A program made the position numbers and the translations under genes. DNA of 64,000 nucleotides, taken from positions 14,506 through 78,505 of the forward strand of contig CAWCTH010000005.1 of assembly GCA_963798445.1 (NCBI GenBank), given 5' to 3'. Below the pieces are notes generated by a model that did not search any database, was not told the DNA's origin, and saw nothing but the letters and a program-made list of their open reading frames with translations. Shown here in pieces: positions 37,706 through 46,393 of this stretch; positions within the stretch are counted from its first letter, which is position 1; every line of letters begins with the position of its first letter. This DNA comes from an uncultured Acidimicrobiales bacterium (lineage in GTDB: Bacteria; Actinomycetota; Acidimicrobiia; Acidimicrobiales; Ilumatobacteraceae).

Positions 37706-40075
37706 GTGACGTTCAACGAACATGTCCGCAGCATCAAAGACCACGGTTACGCACTCGTTGGGTTGAGTCTGCTGGCGGCGATCCTCGTGTTCCTCGCCGC
37801 GTCGCTGCGCGATAGCACCTACACCACCTCCGCCGTCATCGGCGTGACCCCCGGACCGGTCATCGCCGGCGATGCCGTTGCCGTCGACACCGTGTCGTTC
37901 ACGGCGAGCCGCTATCAGCGCCTCGTGAACAGCGATGCGGTGCTCACCAGCGGCGCCGCCGTTGCTGACCAAGGCACCACCCTGCAGGACATGCGAGAGC
38001 GAGTGAGCGCGTCAACGACGCCGGGATCGGGCACGTTGACCGTCACCGTGAAGGGCTCCAGCGCCGACGAGACCGCTCGTGTCGCAGCGGCCGTGGCCAA
38101 CGCCACCATCGCGCAGGGAAAGACCGACCAGGAGGCACAGCGCACCGACAGCCTCGCCGCACTTCGCGCCGACCGCGACGCGTTGCGGGCGCAGCTCGAC
38201 CAGACCGCCGTCGATGCCCCCGAACGGGCGCAGATCGACGCGCAGTACCAGGCCGCACTCTCCGACATCGCCACCCAGCAGGCGGCTCCCTACGACGCCG
38301 CGCAGCTGCTCCAGACACCGGAGATACCGAAGGGGCCAGTAGGCCCGGGCTCGAAGAGCCTCGCCATCTTCGCCTTCCTCGCCGCCCTCGTCCTGGGTGG
38401 CGAGGGCCTGGTGATCTGGGACCGCAACTACGCCAAGAAGACCAGGAAGCGCGAAGGGCGGGTGATCTGGGACCGCAACTCCGGCAAGAAGGCCGACCAG
38501 GCGACGGTCCAGGTGCCGTTCGAGGAGATCACGCTGGTGTCCGACGAGGAAGCCGAACGCAAAGCTCGGCGCCGTGCCGTCACCATCGTGGCGGCCAAGC
38601 CACCGTCGGTACGGGGTGACCCGCTGCTGGCGGCGGCGTACGACGACGACGAGGCTGACGACGATGACGTACCGATCACGTCGGCGGTCGACGGGGGCAC
38701 GGATGGCAGCGACCGCGACCGAGACGGTGACTTCGTCGAAGTGCCGCTGGTGCCCCTGGTTGATCTGGCTGACACCATCTTGGCCGAGGCGCTGGATGGT
38801 CATCGGCTGATCGGCATCGTCGGTTCAGGCGATCTGGCCGCCACGAACGACGTTGCTCTGGCGCTCGGGCAGAAGCTCGCCGCCGAGGGTTTGAGCACGC
38901 TGGTGGTCGAAGGCGACATGTCGCATCCGGCCATCGCGTCCAGGTTGTCCACCCGCGCCCAGTCCGGCCTCAGCAACGTGTTGGCCGGTGGGGCACCGCT
39001 CGAGCGCACCCGCCGCCAGACAACGGTGGAGGGTCTCTACGTCCTGCCGGCTGGCCGTTCCGTCGAGCGCCCCCGGGTCCTGATCGGGTCCGACGAGTTG
39101 CAGCGGGCGTTGTCGAACAGCTCCAGCGACGTCGTGCTGGTCACCATGCCGCCGTCGATGCCACCGGCCGATCGCGATGCCATCGCCAGCCAACTCGACC
39201 GGGTGGTGCTCTTGGTTCGCGACGGCCGCCGCCGTGACGAGCAGGTGCGCACTGCGACCGACGAGGTCGGTGCGCTGAACAACATCCTGCTGGCCGTGGG
39301 GTTGGTCGATGTCGTGCCCGCCATCGAGCTGGAGATCATCGGCCGCAAGAGCGAGCGTCCCCCGGAGCCTCGCGGCCCGAGCCCGGTGATGACGTCGGGC
39401 GCCGCTCGGACATCTGCGGTGCACGACGAGGCACGGGTCGCCGAGCCGGTGGTGGAGGAGCCGATGGTCGAGTCGGCACCGGTGGACGAGCCGTCGTCGG
39501 AACCGACGTGGTTGCACCGGTCGTCGGATCTGCACTCGCCCTGGTCGGACGGGTCCTGGTCGAACGGGTCGTCCCACGACGAGCCGCTGGACGAGGCGCT
39601 CGCCGAAGCGGCGTGGTCCAAAGAGGCAGCGGCTGACGAGACGCCGGCCGACGAGACCGCGGTTGACGAGACCGCGGTCGACGAGACGCTGGCCGATGAG
39701 GCCGCGGCTGACGAGACGATCGCCGAAGAGACGCCGGTCGAGGAAGCCTCCGTGGAGGACGACTTCATCGAGGACGCGACGCCTGTCGAGGAGCCATGGT
39801 CGCCGAACGGATCGGCGCACGAGGAGACGGCACGGGATCACGAGTCGCCCTCCGAGGACGAGACGGCTCGTGAGGACGAGACGCCGACCGACTACGAGAC
39901 GCCTCGCGATGACGAGACGCCGACCGACTACGAGACGCCGAGCGACGACCAGACGTCTAGCGACGACCAGACGTCCTGGGACGCCGAGTCGGCACCGGAC
40001 GACTCGCACTCGACGAACGGCCATCACCACCCGGCCGAGCAGTCGCCGTACGACGAATCCATGCCGCAGTCGTAG
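37706..40075 (+). CDS. Wzz-like chain-length-determinant domain fused to a BY-kinase-like domain with degenerate Walker motifs and an acidic repeat tail
   Basis: GTG start after AAGGAG. TM1 is 'LVGLSLLAAILVFLAA', followed by a coiled periplasmic-type segment and TM2 'LAIFAFLAALVLGG'. The domain 'LIGIVGSGDLAATNDVALALGQKLAAEGLSTLVVEGDMSHP...VLPAG...VVLVTMPP...LLVRDG' is colinear with CpsD/Wzc-type kinases but lacks GK[ST]. The tail from about aa 620 is D/E/T-rich. Confidence 0.75.
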   Translation: MTFNEHVRSIKDHGYALVGLSLLAAILVFLAASLRDSTYTTSAVIGVTPGPVIAGDAVAVDTVSFTASRYQRLVNSDAVLTSGAAVADQGTTLQDMRERVSASTTPGSGTLTVTVKGSSADETARVAAAVANATIAQGKTDQEAQRTDSLAALRADRDALRAQLDQTAVDAPERAQIDAQYQAALSDIATQQAAPYDAAQLLQTPEIPKGPVGPGSKSLAIFAFLAALVLGGEGLVIWDRNYAKKTRKREGRVIWDRNSGKKADQATVQVPFEEITLVSDEEAERKARRRAVTIVAAKPPSVRGDPLLAAAYDDDEADDDDVPITSAVDGGTDGSDRDRDGDFVEVPLVPLVDLADTILAEALDGHRLIGIVGSGDLAATNDVALALGQKLAAEGLSTLVVEGDMSHPAIASRLSTRAQSGLSNVLAGGAPLERTRRQTTVEGLYVLPAGRSVERPRVLIGSDELQRALSNSSSDVVLVTMPPSMPPADRDAIASQLDRVVLLVRDGRRRDEQVRTATDEVGALNNILLAVGLVDVVPAIELEIIGRKSERPPEPRGPSPVMTSGAARTSAVHDEARVAEPVVEEPMVESAPVDEPSSEPTWLHRSSDLHSPWSDGSWSNGSSHDEPLDEALAEAAWSKEAAADETPADETAVDETAVDETLADEAAADETIAEETPVEEASVEDDFIEDATPVEEPWSPNGSAHEETARDHESPSEDETAREDETPTDYETPRDDETPTDYETPSDDQTSSDDQTSWDAESAPDDSHSTNGHHHPAEQSPYDESMPQS
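38410..38480 (+). repeat. 51-nt in-frame tandem duplication (20-nt perfect cores GGTGATCTGGGACCGCAACT at 38410 and 38461)
   Basis: Read directly. It encodes 'VIWDRNYAKKTRKREGR' followed by 'VIWDRNSGKK', just after TM2. Confidence 0.85.
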
Positions 40076-40089
40076 CAGGACCGTTCATC

Positions 40090-41295
40090 GTGCGCGTCCT
40101 CATGCTGTCGAGCCTGTGGCCGCCCGCGGTGCTCGGCGGCGCCGAGGTCTACGCCGAGGAGCTCAGCCGCCACTTGCAGGCCCGCGGCCATGAGGTCGGC
40201 GTTGTCACCCTCGGCGTCGAAGGCGACGACGTCGTTGCGTCGGTACCGGCGTGGCCGTACCGGCTTGACCAGTTCGCCGCCCAACCCCCGTGGAAGCGCG
40301 CCGCGTTCCATGCCATCGACATCGCCAACGTGCGGGCGCTGCGAACCGTGCTCGACGCCGTCGATCGCTTCCGGCCCGACGTCGTGCACTCGCACTCCAT
40401 CCAGGGGATGTCGGCACTGCCGTTGGGCATCTCGGCTCGTCGTGATGTCGCCCACGTGCACACCATCCACGACTACTGGCTTGTGTGCCAGCGGGCCTCG
40501 ATGACGAACCGCGAGGGGCAGTCGTGCGAGCAGCAGTGCACGCCGTGTCACGCGGTCACCGCGATCCACCGGCGTGAACTCCACGGTCGCGGCCCGCAGG
40601 TCGTGCTGTGCGTGTCCGAGGCCACCGCGCGAGAGCACGTCAGGGTGCCGGAGATCCACGAGCGCATACGTGTCCTGCGGCTGCCCGACGGCGGTCGAGC
40701 CAGGCAGCAGCGGCGCGCCGTCGGGGCGACGCCGGTGTTCGGCTACCTCGGTCAGCTGGCGCCGCACAAGGGCGTGTTGACGCTCATCGACGCCTTCCAG
40801 CAGTTGCCTCCCGGCAGGGCGCGCCTGCGCATCGCCGGTCGAGGCTCGGTGGAGGCGGCGGTGGCCGCCCGGGCCGGCGGCGACATCGACTACGTCGGCT
40901 TCGTCGACGCGGCGGCCAAGGCGGACTTCCTGGAGTCGTTGGACTGCCTCGTGGTGCCGTCGGAGTGGCGCGAGCCGGGAGCCTTGGTGGTCAGCGAGGC
41001 GAAGGCCGAGCTGCTACCCGTCATCGGCGCTCGCATCGGCGGCATTCCTGAAGTCGTCCCAGCGTCGTGCGCCGACCTGCTGTTCACCCCGGGCGATGCC
41101 GGCGACCTGGTCCGGTCGCTCGCCCTGTTCGGCGCCGACCCGACCCGCTTTGCCGTGACGCCCGGTATCGGCGGCGGATGGGACGGGCACGTCGACGGCG
41201 TGGAGCACGCCTACAGGGACGCTCTGGACCTCGCCGGCGCCTCCGCGTGGGCCACGGCACCCATGCCGGTCTCGTCGACCGGCTCCAAGCCGTAG
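40090..41295 (+). CDS. GT4-family (GT-B) glycosyltransferase
   Basis: 'MRVLMLSSLWPPAVLGGAEVYAEEL', 'HSHS', and a C-terminal 'PSEWREPGALVVSEAKAELLPVIGARIGGIPEVV' (E-x7-E-like region). Confidence 0.8.
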   Translation: MRVLMLSSLWPPAVLGGAEVYAEELSRHLQARGHEVGVVTLGVEGDDVVASVPAWPYRLDQFAAQPPWKRAAFHAIDIANVRALRTVLDAVDRFRPDVVHSHSIQGMSALPLGISARRDVAHVHTIHDYWLVCQRASMTNREGQSCEQQCTPCHAVTAIHRRELHGRGPQVVLCVSEATAREHVRVPEIHERIRVLRLPDGGRARQQRRAVGATPVFGYLGQLAPHKGVLTLIDAFQQLPPGRARLRIAGRGSVEAAVAARAGGDIDYVGFVDAAAKADFLESLDCLVVPSEWREPGALVVSEAKAELLPVIGARIGGIPEVVPASCADLLFTPGDAGDLVRSLALFGADPTRFAVTPGIGGGWDGHVDGVEHAYRDALDLAGASAWATAPMPVSSTGSKP

Positions 41296-42341
41296 AGCTG
41301 CCGTAGGGCCGAGTCCTGCGACGTGGCCGCCGTCCGGGACACGAACTCGGCCGATTCCTTCATGGCGCTGCGCCAGCGCTCGAGGTCGTCGAGCGCCAGC
41401 ACCTGTTGCGCCATGTCGATCGGGGTGGCGGCGAGGCGTTCCACGCCGGCGTGGCGTACGGGCGCGATGTCGCGCGCCACGATCGGCAGACCCACGGTGG
41501 CCGCTTCGAGCACGGTCACCGGGTTGCCCTCCCATGCCGCGGTGTGGACGTACGCGTGGGCGCCGGCCAGCTCCCTGAGCACCGTCTCCCGAGGCTGCCA
41601 TCCGGTCACCGTCACGCCGCTGTCGCGCAGTAGCTGCTCGAGGGGCTCGTCGCCGCCACCGACCCACCGCCACTCGCGGTTGCCGCCGAGCAGCCGCGCA
41701 TCGCGCGCCGCGGCAGCGAAGAACGCCGGATCCTTCTGCGGCCGGATGCGACCCACGGCAACGACCGGTCCACCGTCGGCTTCGGCACTCGTGATGAGGT
41801 CGAGCGGCAGCTGGACGTGGTGAGGAACGAGGACCACGGTGGCCGGACGAGGCAGCTTGTGGGCCAGCACCTGCTCCCAGGCACCGACGGCGGCTACGGC
41901 GTCGGTGCGGAAGGAGAGTCCGGCTTCCATGAGCCAGTAGCCGGCGCGCACGATGCCAGGGACGTCGCGACGCTGGAAGGCGTAGCAGTGCGGTGAGTAC
42001 ACGATGCGCGCGCCATAGGTGCGGCACGCGGCGCGGACGTAGCCGCCGGCATAGGACGAGTGGGCGTGAATGACGTCGGGCCGGAGTCGCTTGACCGTGC
42101 GCTGCACGGCGAGGAGCTGGGCCAACTTGCCCGACGGGAGGTCGATCAGCTCGGCCCGGCCGTGGAGCCCGTTGCCGATCTGCGAACCCGGGCGGCGGTA
42201 CGCCAGCACCACGTGCTCGACGTCAGGGAGGCTGGCGACGTAGTCGGTGAGCACCGCCGCGACACCGCCGCCGTACGCCTCCACGACGTGAAGAACGAGG
42301 GGCTTGGTGCGACCGATCTTGGGGGGACGAGATGTGCTCAT
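41211..42341 (-). CDS. GT4-family (GT-B) glycosyltransferase
   Basis: 'LVLHVVEAYGGGVAAV', 'IHAHSSYAGG', and C-terminal 'HTAAWEGNPVTVLEAATVGLPIVARDI'. Confidence 0.8.
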   Translation of the reverse strand: MSTSRPPKIGRTKPLVLHVVEAYGGGVAAVLTDYVASLPDVEHVVLAYRRPGSQIGNGLHGRAELIDLPSGKLAQLLAVQRTVKRLRPDVIHAHSSYAGGYVRAACRTYGARIVYSPHCYAFQRRDVPGIVRAGYWLMEAGLSFRTDAVAAVGAWEQVLAHKLPRPATVVLVPHHVQLPLDLITSAEADGGPVVAVGRIRPQKDPAFFAAAARDARLLGGNREWRWVGGGDEPLEQLLRDSGVTVTGWQPRETVLRELAGAHAYVHTAAWEGNPVTVLEAATVGLPIVARDIAPVRHAGVERLAATPIDMAQQVLALDDLERWRSAMKESAEFVSRTAATSQDSALRQLYGLEPVDETGMGAVAHAEAPARSRASL

Positions 42342-42557
42342 GAGTTAGGCCTGCTCCAAGAGACACGCCACGTGCCGCCCGCACTCGTGGTTGTTGCGTG
42401 AGGACAATACCGGACTGATTCCTTGGGTGAGGAGTTGTGCGCGAAGGTCACATGCGGGTGTCGGGGGAACCCGTTCCCGCCGACATGCGCCGACGAGGCT
42501 CCGCTACGGTACGGGTTGCGGGCGCACCAGCGAGTGTCATGCCAGGTGGAGGAAATC

Positions 42558-43751
42558 ATGTCAAAGCCGACCTCTCGACGCGCCCAGCGGCCGCTCAGGC
42601 TGGGACTGGGTGCGTTCGGCCTGGTCGCCATCATCTTGGCCGTGGTGTTCGCCGGCGGACCAGCGCTGCACCGCTTGGTGACAGGCGCCAAGGCGGTGTC
42701 CTCGATCGATGCGTCCGACGCGAAACGAGCAGTGCGCTTCGGGCCGCGGCGGGCGGGCGGTGGCGCCACGGTGGGCCAGACCATCGGCGGTATCGCCAAC
42801 GCCGCTCAGTTCGTGTTCTACGACGATGCCACCTTGAACCGTGAGCTCGACGGCATTCAGAACACCGGTGCCGGTTGGGTGCGCTTCGACTTCCTGTGGA
42901 CGGCCATCGAGCCCGACAACAACCAGTGGAGCTTCGAGCAGTACGACAAGGTCGTGGCGGCGGTCCGCAGCCGTGGTCTGCAGATCCTGGGCGAGCTGGA
43001 CTTCACGCCGCCGTGGGCCCGGGCGGCGAGTTGCACCTCGAGCGACAAGTGCCCGCCCGGCAACATGGCCGAGTGGCAGGAGTTCCTCCGCACCACGGTG
43101 ACGCGCTACAAGGCCAGCGTCTCGCACTGGGAGATCTGGAACGAGCCCAACCTCCGCGGCTTCTGGGCGTCGGGACCCGACCCGGCCGCGTATACCGAAC
43201 TGCTCAAGGCGTCGTACCCGGCCGTGAAAGAGGCCGACCCGAACGCCGTGGTGATCACCGGGGGTCTCGCACCAGCAGGTGTTCGGGACGCCGATCGTTA
43301 CCCGCCGCTCGACTTCTTGAAGGGCATGTACGCCGCTGGTGCGCAGGGATCCTTCGATGCCTTCGGCATGCATCCGTACACCTACCCCTTCACGCCCGAT
43401 GAGCCGGCGGTCTACAACAACTTCGCCAACCTCGGCCTGTACTACGACGTCATGGTGGCCAACGGTGATCAGGCCAAGCAGGTCTGGTCCACCGAAGCCG
43501 GCGCGCCGACCGGTACGTACGTGAGCAGCGACCGGCGGGCCGTCTCCGAGGCCCAGCAGGCGCTCACGGCCAAGCGCATCTACGAGATCGCCGCACAGCG
43601 GCCGTGGATGGGTCCGGTGTTCTGGTTCTGCTTCCGCGACTACGGCCCGAACCTGGGCGACATCGAGCAGAACTTCGGCATCCTGCGCAACGACTGGTCG
43701 CCGAAGCCGGCCTACGACGCTTTCGTGACGTCCATGGAGCTTCCGATCTGA
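42558..43751 (+). CDS. membrane-anchored clan GH-A (GH5/GH39-like) glycoside hydrolase
   Basis: ATG at 42558 follows GGAGGA. N-terminal TM helix 'LGLGAFGLVAIILAVVFAGG'. 'HWEIWNEPN' is the acid/base NEP motif and 'WSTEAG' is the nucleophile context. Confidence 0.75.
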   Translation: MSKPTSRRAQRPLRLGLGAFGLVAIILAVVFAGGPALHRLVTGAKAVSSIDASDAKRAVRFGPRRAGGGATVGQTIGGIANAAQFVFYDDATLNRELDGIQNTGAGWVRFDFLWTAIEPDNNQWSFEQYDKVVAAVRSRGLQILGELDFTPPWARAASCTSSDKCPPGNMAEWQEFLRTTVTRYKASVSHWEIWNEPNLRGFWASGPDPAAYTELLKASYPAVKEADPNAVVITGGLAPAGVRDADRYPPLDFLKGMYAAGAQGSFDAFGMHPYTYPFTPDEPAVYNNFANLGLYYDVMVANGDQAKQVWSTEAGAPTGTYVSSDRRAVSEAQQALTAKRIYEIAAQRPWMGPVFWFCFRDYGPNLGDIEQNFGILRNDWSPKPAYDAFVTSMELPI

Positions 43752-43759
43752 GCGTGGGC

Positions 43760-44866
43760 TCACGGGGTGTCCTTGCGGCTGGTCATCTGGTCGAACAATT
43801 TGACGAACTGGTCGGCGACGTCCACCCACGACATCTCTAGTGCCCACGTTCGGGCCTGCTGAACCACGGCGTCGTCGATGGTGTCGACGGCGGCAAGGGC
43901 GTCGCGCCACGAGCCTGGCTCGAGCGGATGGTGGACAAGGCGGGCGTGGCCACCGGCTACTTCGCGGAAGGCCGGGATATCGCTGGCCACGACCGGCACG
44001 CCGAGCTGCATGGACTCGATGACGGGTAGGCCGAAGCCTTCGTGCAGGCTGGGAATGACCACGACGGCAGCGCCGCCATAGCGCCGGCCCAGCTCGTCGT
44101 CGTCGATCCAGCCGAGGTGGCGGACGCGATCGCGGCAGCCCGATTGGTCGATCAATTGGTCGAGGTGCTGCTGTTCGGCGGCGCTGATCGGACCGGCGAG
44201 CACGAGGTCGAGATCGAGGCCCCCCAGCGCGAACGCCCGAACGAGGGTGTCCACGTTCTTGTGCGGCATGAGCGACCCGACGTACAGCGCGTAGGGGCGC
44301 TCGCCGGCAGCCGGCGTCGTGCGTTCCACGGTGGTGATGTGCGCCGATGCCGCTTCACCGATCACCGAGACCCGAGATGGATCGATCGCCACGAACGCGT
44401 CCAGGCTCATGTGGGTGAATTCACTGACGCACACGACGTGGGTCGCGGTCCGGCAGGCGCGGGGGAGCGCCGCAACGAAGCGGAGATGGCGGCCCAAGGT
44501 GTCGTAGCGGGGCGCCACGACGGCGCGCACGTCGTGCACCACCATCACCGATGGCACCGCGAGGTGGCGCAGCGTCATCTCGGGGTAGGGGATGAGTACG
44601 ACATCGGCGCCGGATCGGCTGGCGATGCGCCCGAGGTTGGCCTCCCGCCACGCCGTACGGGCGGCGAACCCCTGCGTCGCCGCGGGAGCGGCGATGATGG
44701 TGGCCGCCGGTGTGTGCGCGAACTCGGCCGGCCGGCTGGTGATGATGTCCAGGGCCACGTCGTCGCGGTCGTAGAGGGCGCCGGCCAGGCTGCGGATGTA
44801 GGTGCGGAGGCCGCCGAGGTTCGGCTTCACAACGGCGGCGTCGACGAGGATGCGCCGGCGATTCAC
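43760..44866 (-). CDS. GT4-family (GT-B) glycosyltransferase
   Basis: 'RPYALYVGSLMPHKN' and 'PSLHEGFGLPVIESMQLGVPVVASDIPAFREV'. Confidence 0.8.
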   Translation of the reverse strand: MNRRRILVDAAVVKPNLGGLRTYIRSLAGALYDRDDVALDIITSRPAEFAHTPAATIIAAPAATQGFAARTAWREANLGRIASRSGADVVLIPYPEMTLRHLAVPSVMVVHDVRAVVAPRYDTLGRHLRFVAALPRACRTATHVVCVSEFTHMSLDAFVAIDPSRVSVIGEAASAHITTVERTTPAAGERPYALYVGSLMPHKNVDTLVRAFALGGLDLDLVLAGPISAAEQQHLDQLIDQSGCRDRVRHLGWIDDDELGRRYGGAAVVVIPSLHEGFGLPVIESMQLGVPVVASDIPAFREVAGGHARLVHHPLEPGSWRDALAAVDTIDDAVVQQARTWALEMSWVDVADQFVKLFDQMTSRKDTP

Positions 44867-46386
44867 GTGGCTGCCTTCGTGCGGCCTTCGCGGCGGCTCA
44901 TGTCGCGCAGCGCGGACGTGAGCAGCGTCCGGTCCAGGATCAGCACGCCGGCGAGGTAGACGGCGACGCCGGTCACCACGCCGGCCAGGAGGACGGCACT
45001 ACGGGGGGCGACCGGGTCGAGGGCCTGCTGGACGCCGATCACCGCCGCGACCATGACGCCGCTGGCGATCAGGATGCCGCGGAGAGCCACGACTTGGCGC
45101 ATGAAGCCGAGGCCGGTGATCCGACGGACGAAGAAGAAGCTCAACGGCACCACGATCCACCCGGTCACGGTGAATGCGATCGCCACCCACACGATGCTGA
45201 AGCGCGCCGCGATGATGGACGCCGGGGCGCCGAGCGCCACCTGGGCGCCGATGACGATGAGCCCGGCGCGGGGATGCCCGCGCGACTCGCAGGCATACGC
45301 ATGCAGGCGCACGAGTGCCAGGCGCAGACCGTTCAGCGAGAGGATCTGGAGGGCGGGCACCGCGGGCAGCCATTGGGGCCCGAACACGACCAAGACGAGA
45401 TCGTGGGCGACGACGGCGGTGCCCAAGGTGAGGGGCACGTAGAGCGCGCACACGTAGCGCTCGACGCGCATCAGCGTGTCCTGGAACCGGGCGCGCTCGT
45501 CTTGCAGCGTGGCCAGCACGGGTTCGAGCACGCCGCCGATGGCGTCGAGCAGCCGATCGAGCGGGAGGAACAGGAACCGGTAGCCCAGGCTGTACTGGCC
45601 GAGGGCGTCGGCGCCGAGCTGGCGGCCCACGACGATGCTGTCGATGCTGCCCTGGGCCACGATCAGCAGCCGAGTGCCGCTGGCGGCGATGCTGAAGCCG
45701 AGCAGATCCTTCAACGTGGCGAGGTGCATCGACAGCTGTGGTCGCCACACGCCCGCACGGGTGGCGAACATCCAGGCCAGACTGGTCGCCACGAAGGACT
45801 CGGTGACGGCCATGCCGGCCAGGGACCACAGGCCGGCGTTGGCGATGGCCATCACCACACCGACGGCGGCACCGGCGGCCGTGGCGATCGTGGACGAGAG
45901 CACGAAGTCGCGAATGAAGAGGCGGCGCACCAGCATGGAGTTGGGCACGCCCTCGAAGCCCCGCAGCAGGAACATGACGCTGAGCACGCGCAGCAGCGGC
46001 CCCAGCTCGGGTTCGCTGAACCACGTGGCGATCGTGCCGGCCGTGGCGAACACGACGACCATGAGCACGAGCCCGCAGAGTCCGCTGGTCGTGAAGGCCA
46101 CGGCCACGTGGCGGCGCGTGATCTGCTGGCGCTGGACGAGGGCCTGGGCGAAGCCGAGGGCGCCGAGCAGCGTGCCGACGTTGATGACCACGAGGGCCAG
46201 CGCCATGGCGCCGAAGTCGCTCGGCGCCAGCAGCTTCGTGAGCACGATCTGCACGGCGAGGCGCACGACTTGCTGGGTGCCCTGGTTGAAGGCGCCCCAG
46301 CGCAGCCCTACCGACGCCCGCACGGCGAGCTGATCGGAGGCCGGGCGAGCGCTGAGCTCGCTGTCAGAGTCGGCGAAGGTGTGCAT
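44863..46386 (-). CDS. Wzx-type oligosaccharide flippase (MOP superfamily)
   Basis: 507 aa with about 12-14 TM helices. The N-terminus 'GLRWGAFNQGTQQVVRLAVQIVLTKLLAPSDFGAMAL' is typical of polysaccharide-biosynthesis flippases. Its stop overlaps the start of the next gene. Confidence 0.8.
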   Translation of the reverse strand: MHTFADSDSELSARPASDQLAVRASVGLRWGAFNQGTQQVVRLAVQIVLTKLLAPSDFGAMALALVVINVGTLLGALGFAQALVQRQQITRRHVAVAFTTSGLCGLVLMVVVFATAGTIATWFSEPELGPLLRVLSVMFLLRGFEGVPNSMLVRRLFIRDFVLSSTIATAAGAAVGVVMAIANAGLWSLAGMAVTESFVATSLAWMFATRAGVWRPQLSMHLATLKDLLGFSIAASGTRLLIVAQGSIDSIVVGRQLGADALGQYSLGYRFLFLPLDRLLDAIGGVLEPVLATLQDERARFQDTLMRVERYVCALYVPLTLGTAVVAHDLVLVVFGPQWLPAVPALQILSLNGLRLALVRLHAYACESRGHPRAGLIVIGAQVALGAPASIIAARFSIVWVAIAFTVTGWIVVPLSFFFVRRITGLGFMRQVVALRGILIASGVMVAAVIGVQQALDPVAPRSAVLLAGVVTGVAVYLAGVLILDRTLLTSALRDMSRREGRTKAAT

Positions 46387-46393
46387 CAGCGCC

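Noticed and set aside
41211-41295. 85-nt overlap of two convergent GT4 genes, and a 41-nt overlap of wecA with the Wzy-like gene at 36136-36176, as possible antisense regulation or hidden frameshifts.
   Set aside because: The overlapping tails are low-information Ala/Pro/Gly/Ser-rich extensions past the conserved C-terminal regions. In high-GC DNA the first stop often lies well beyond the functional end. There is no evidence of a frame break.
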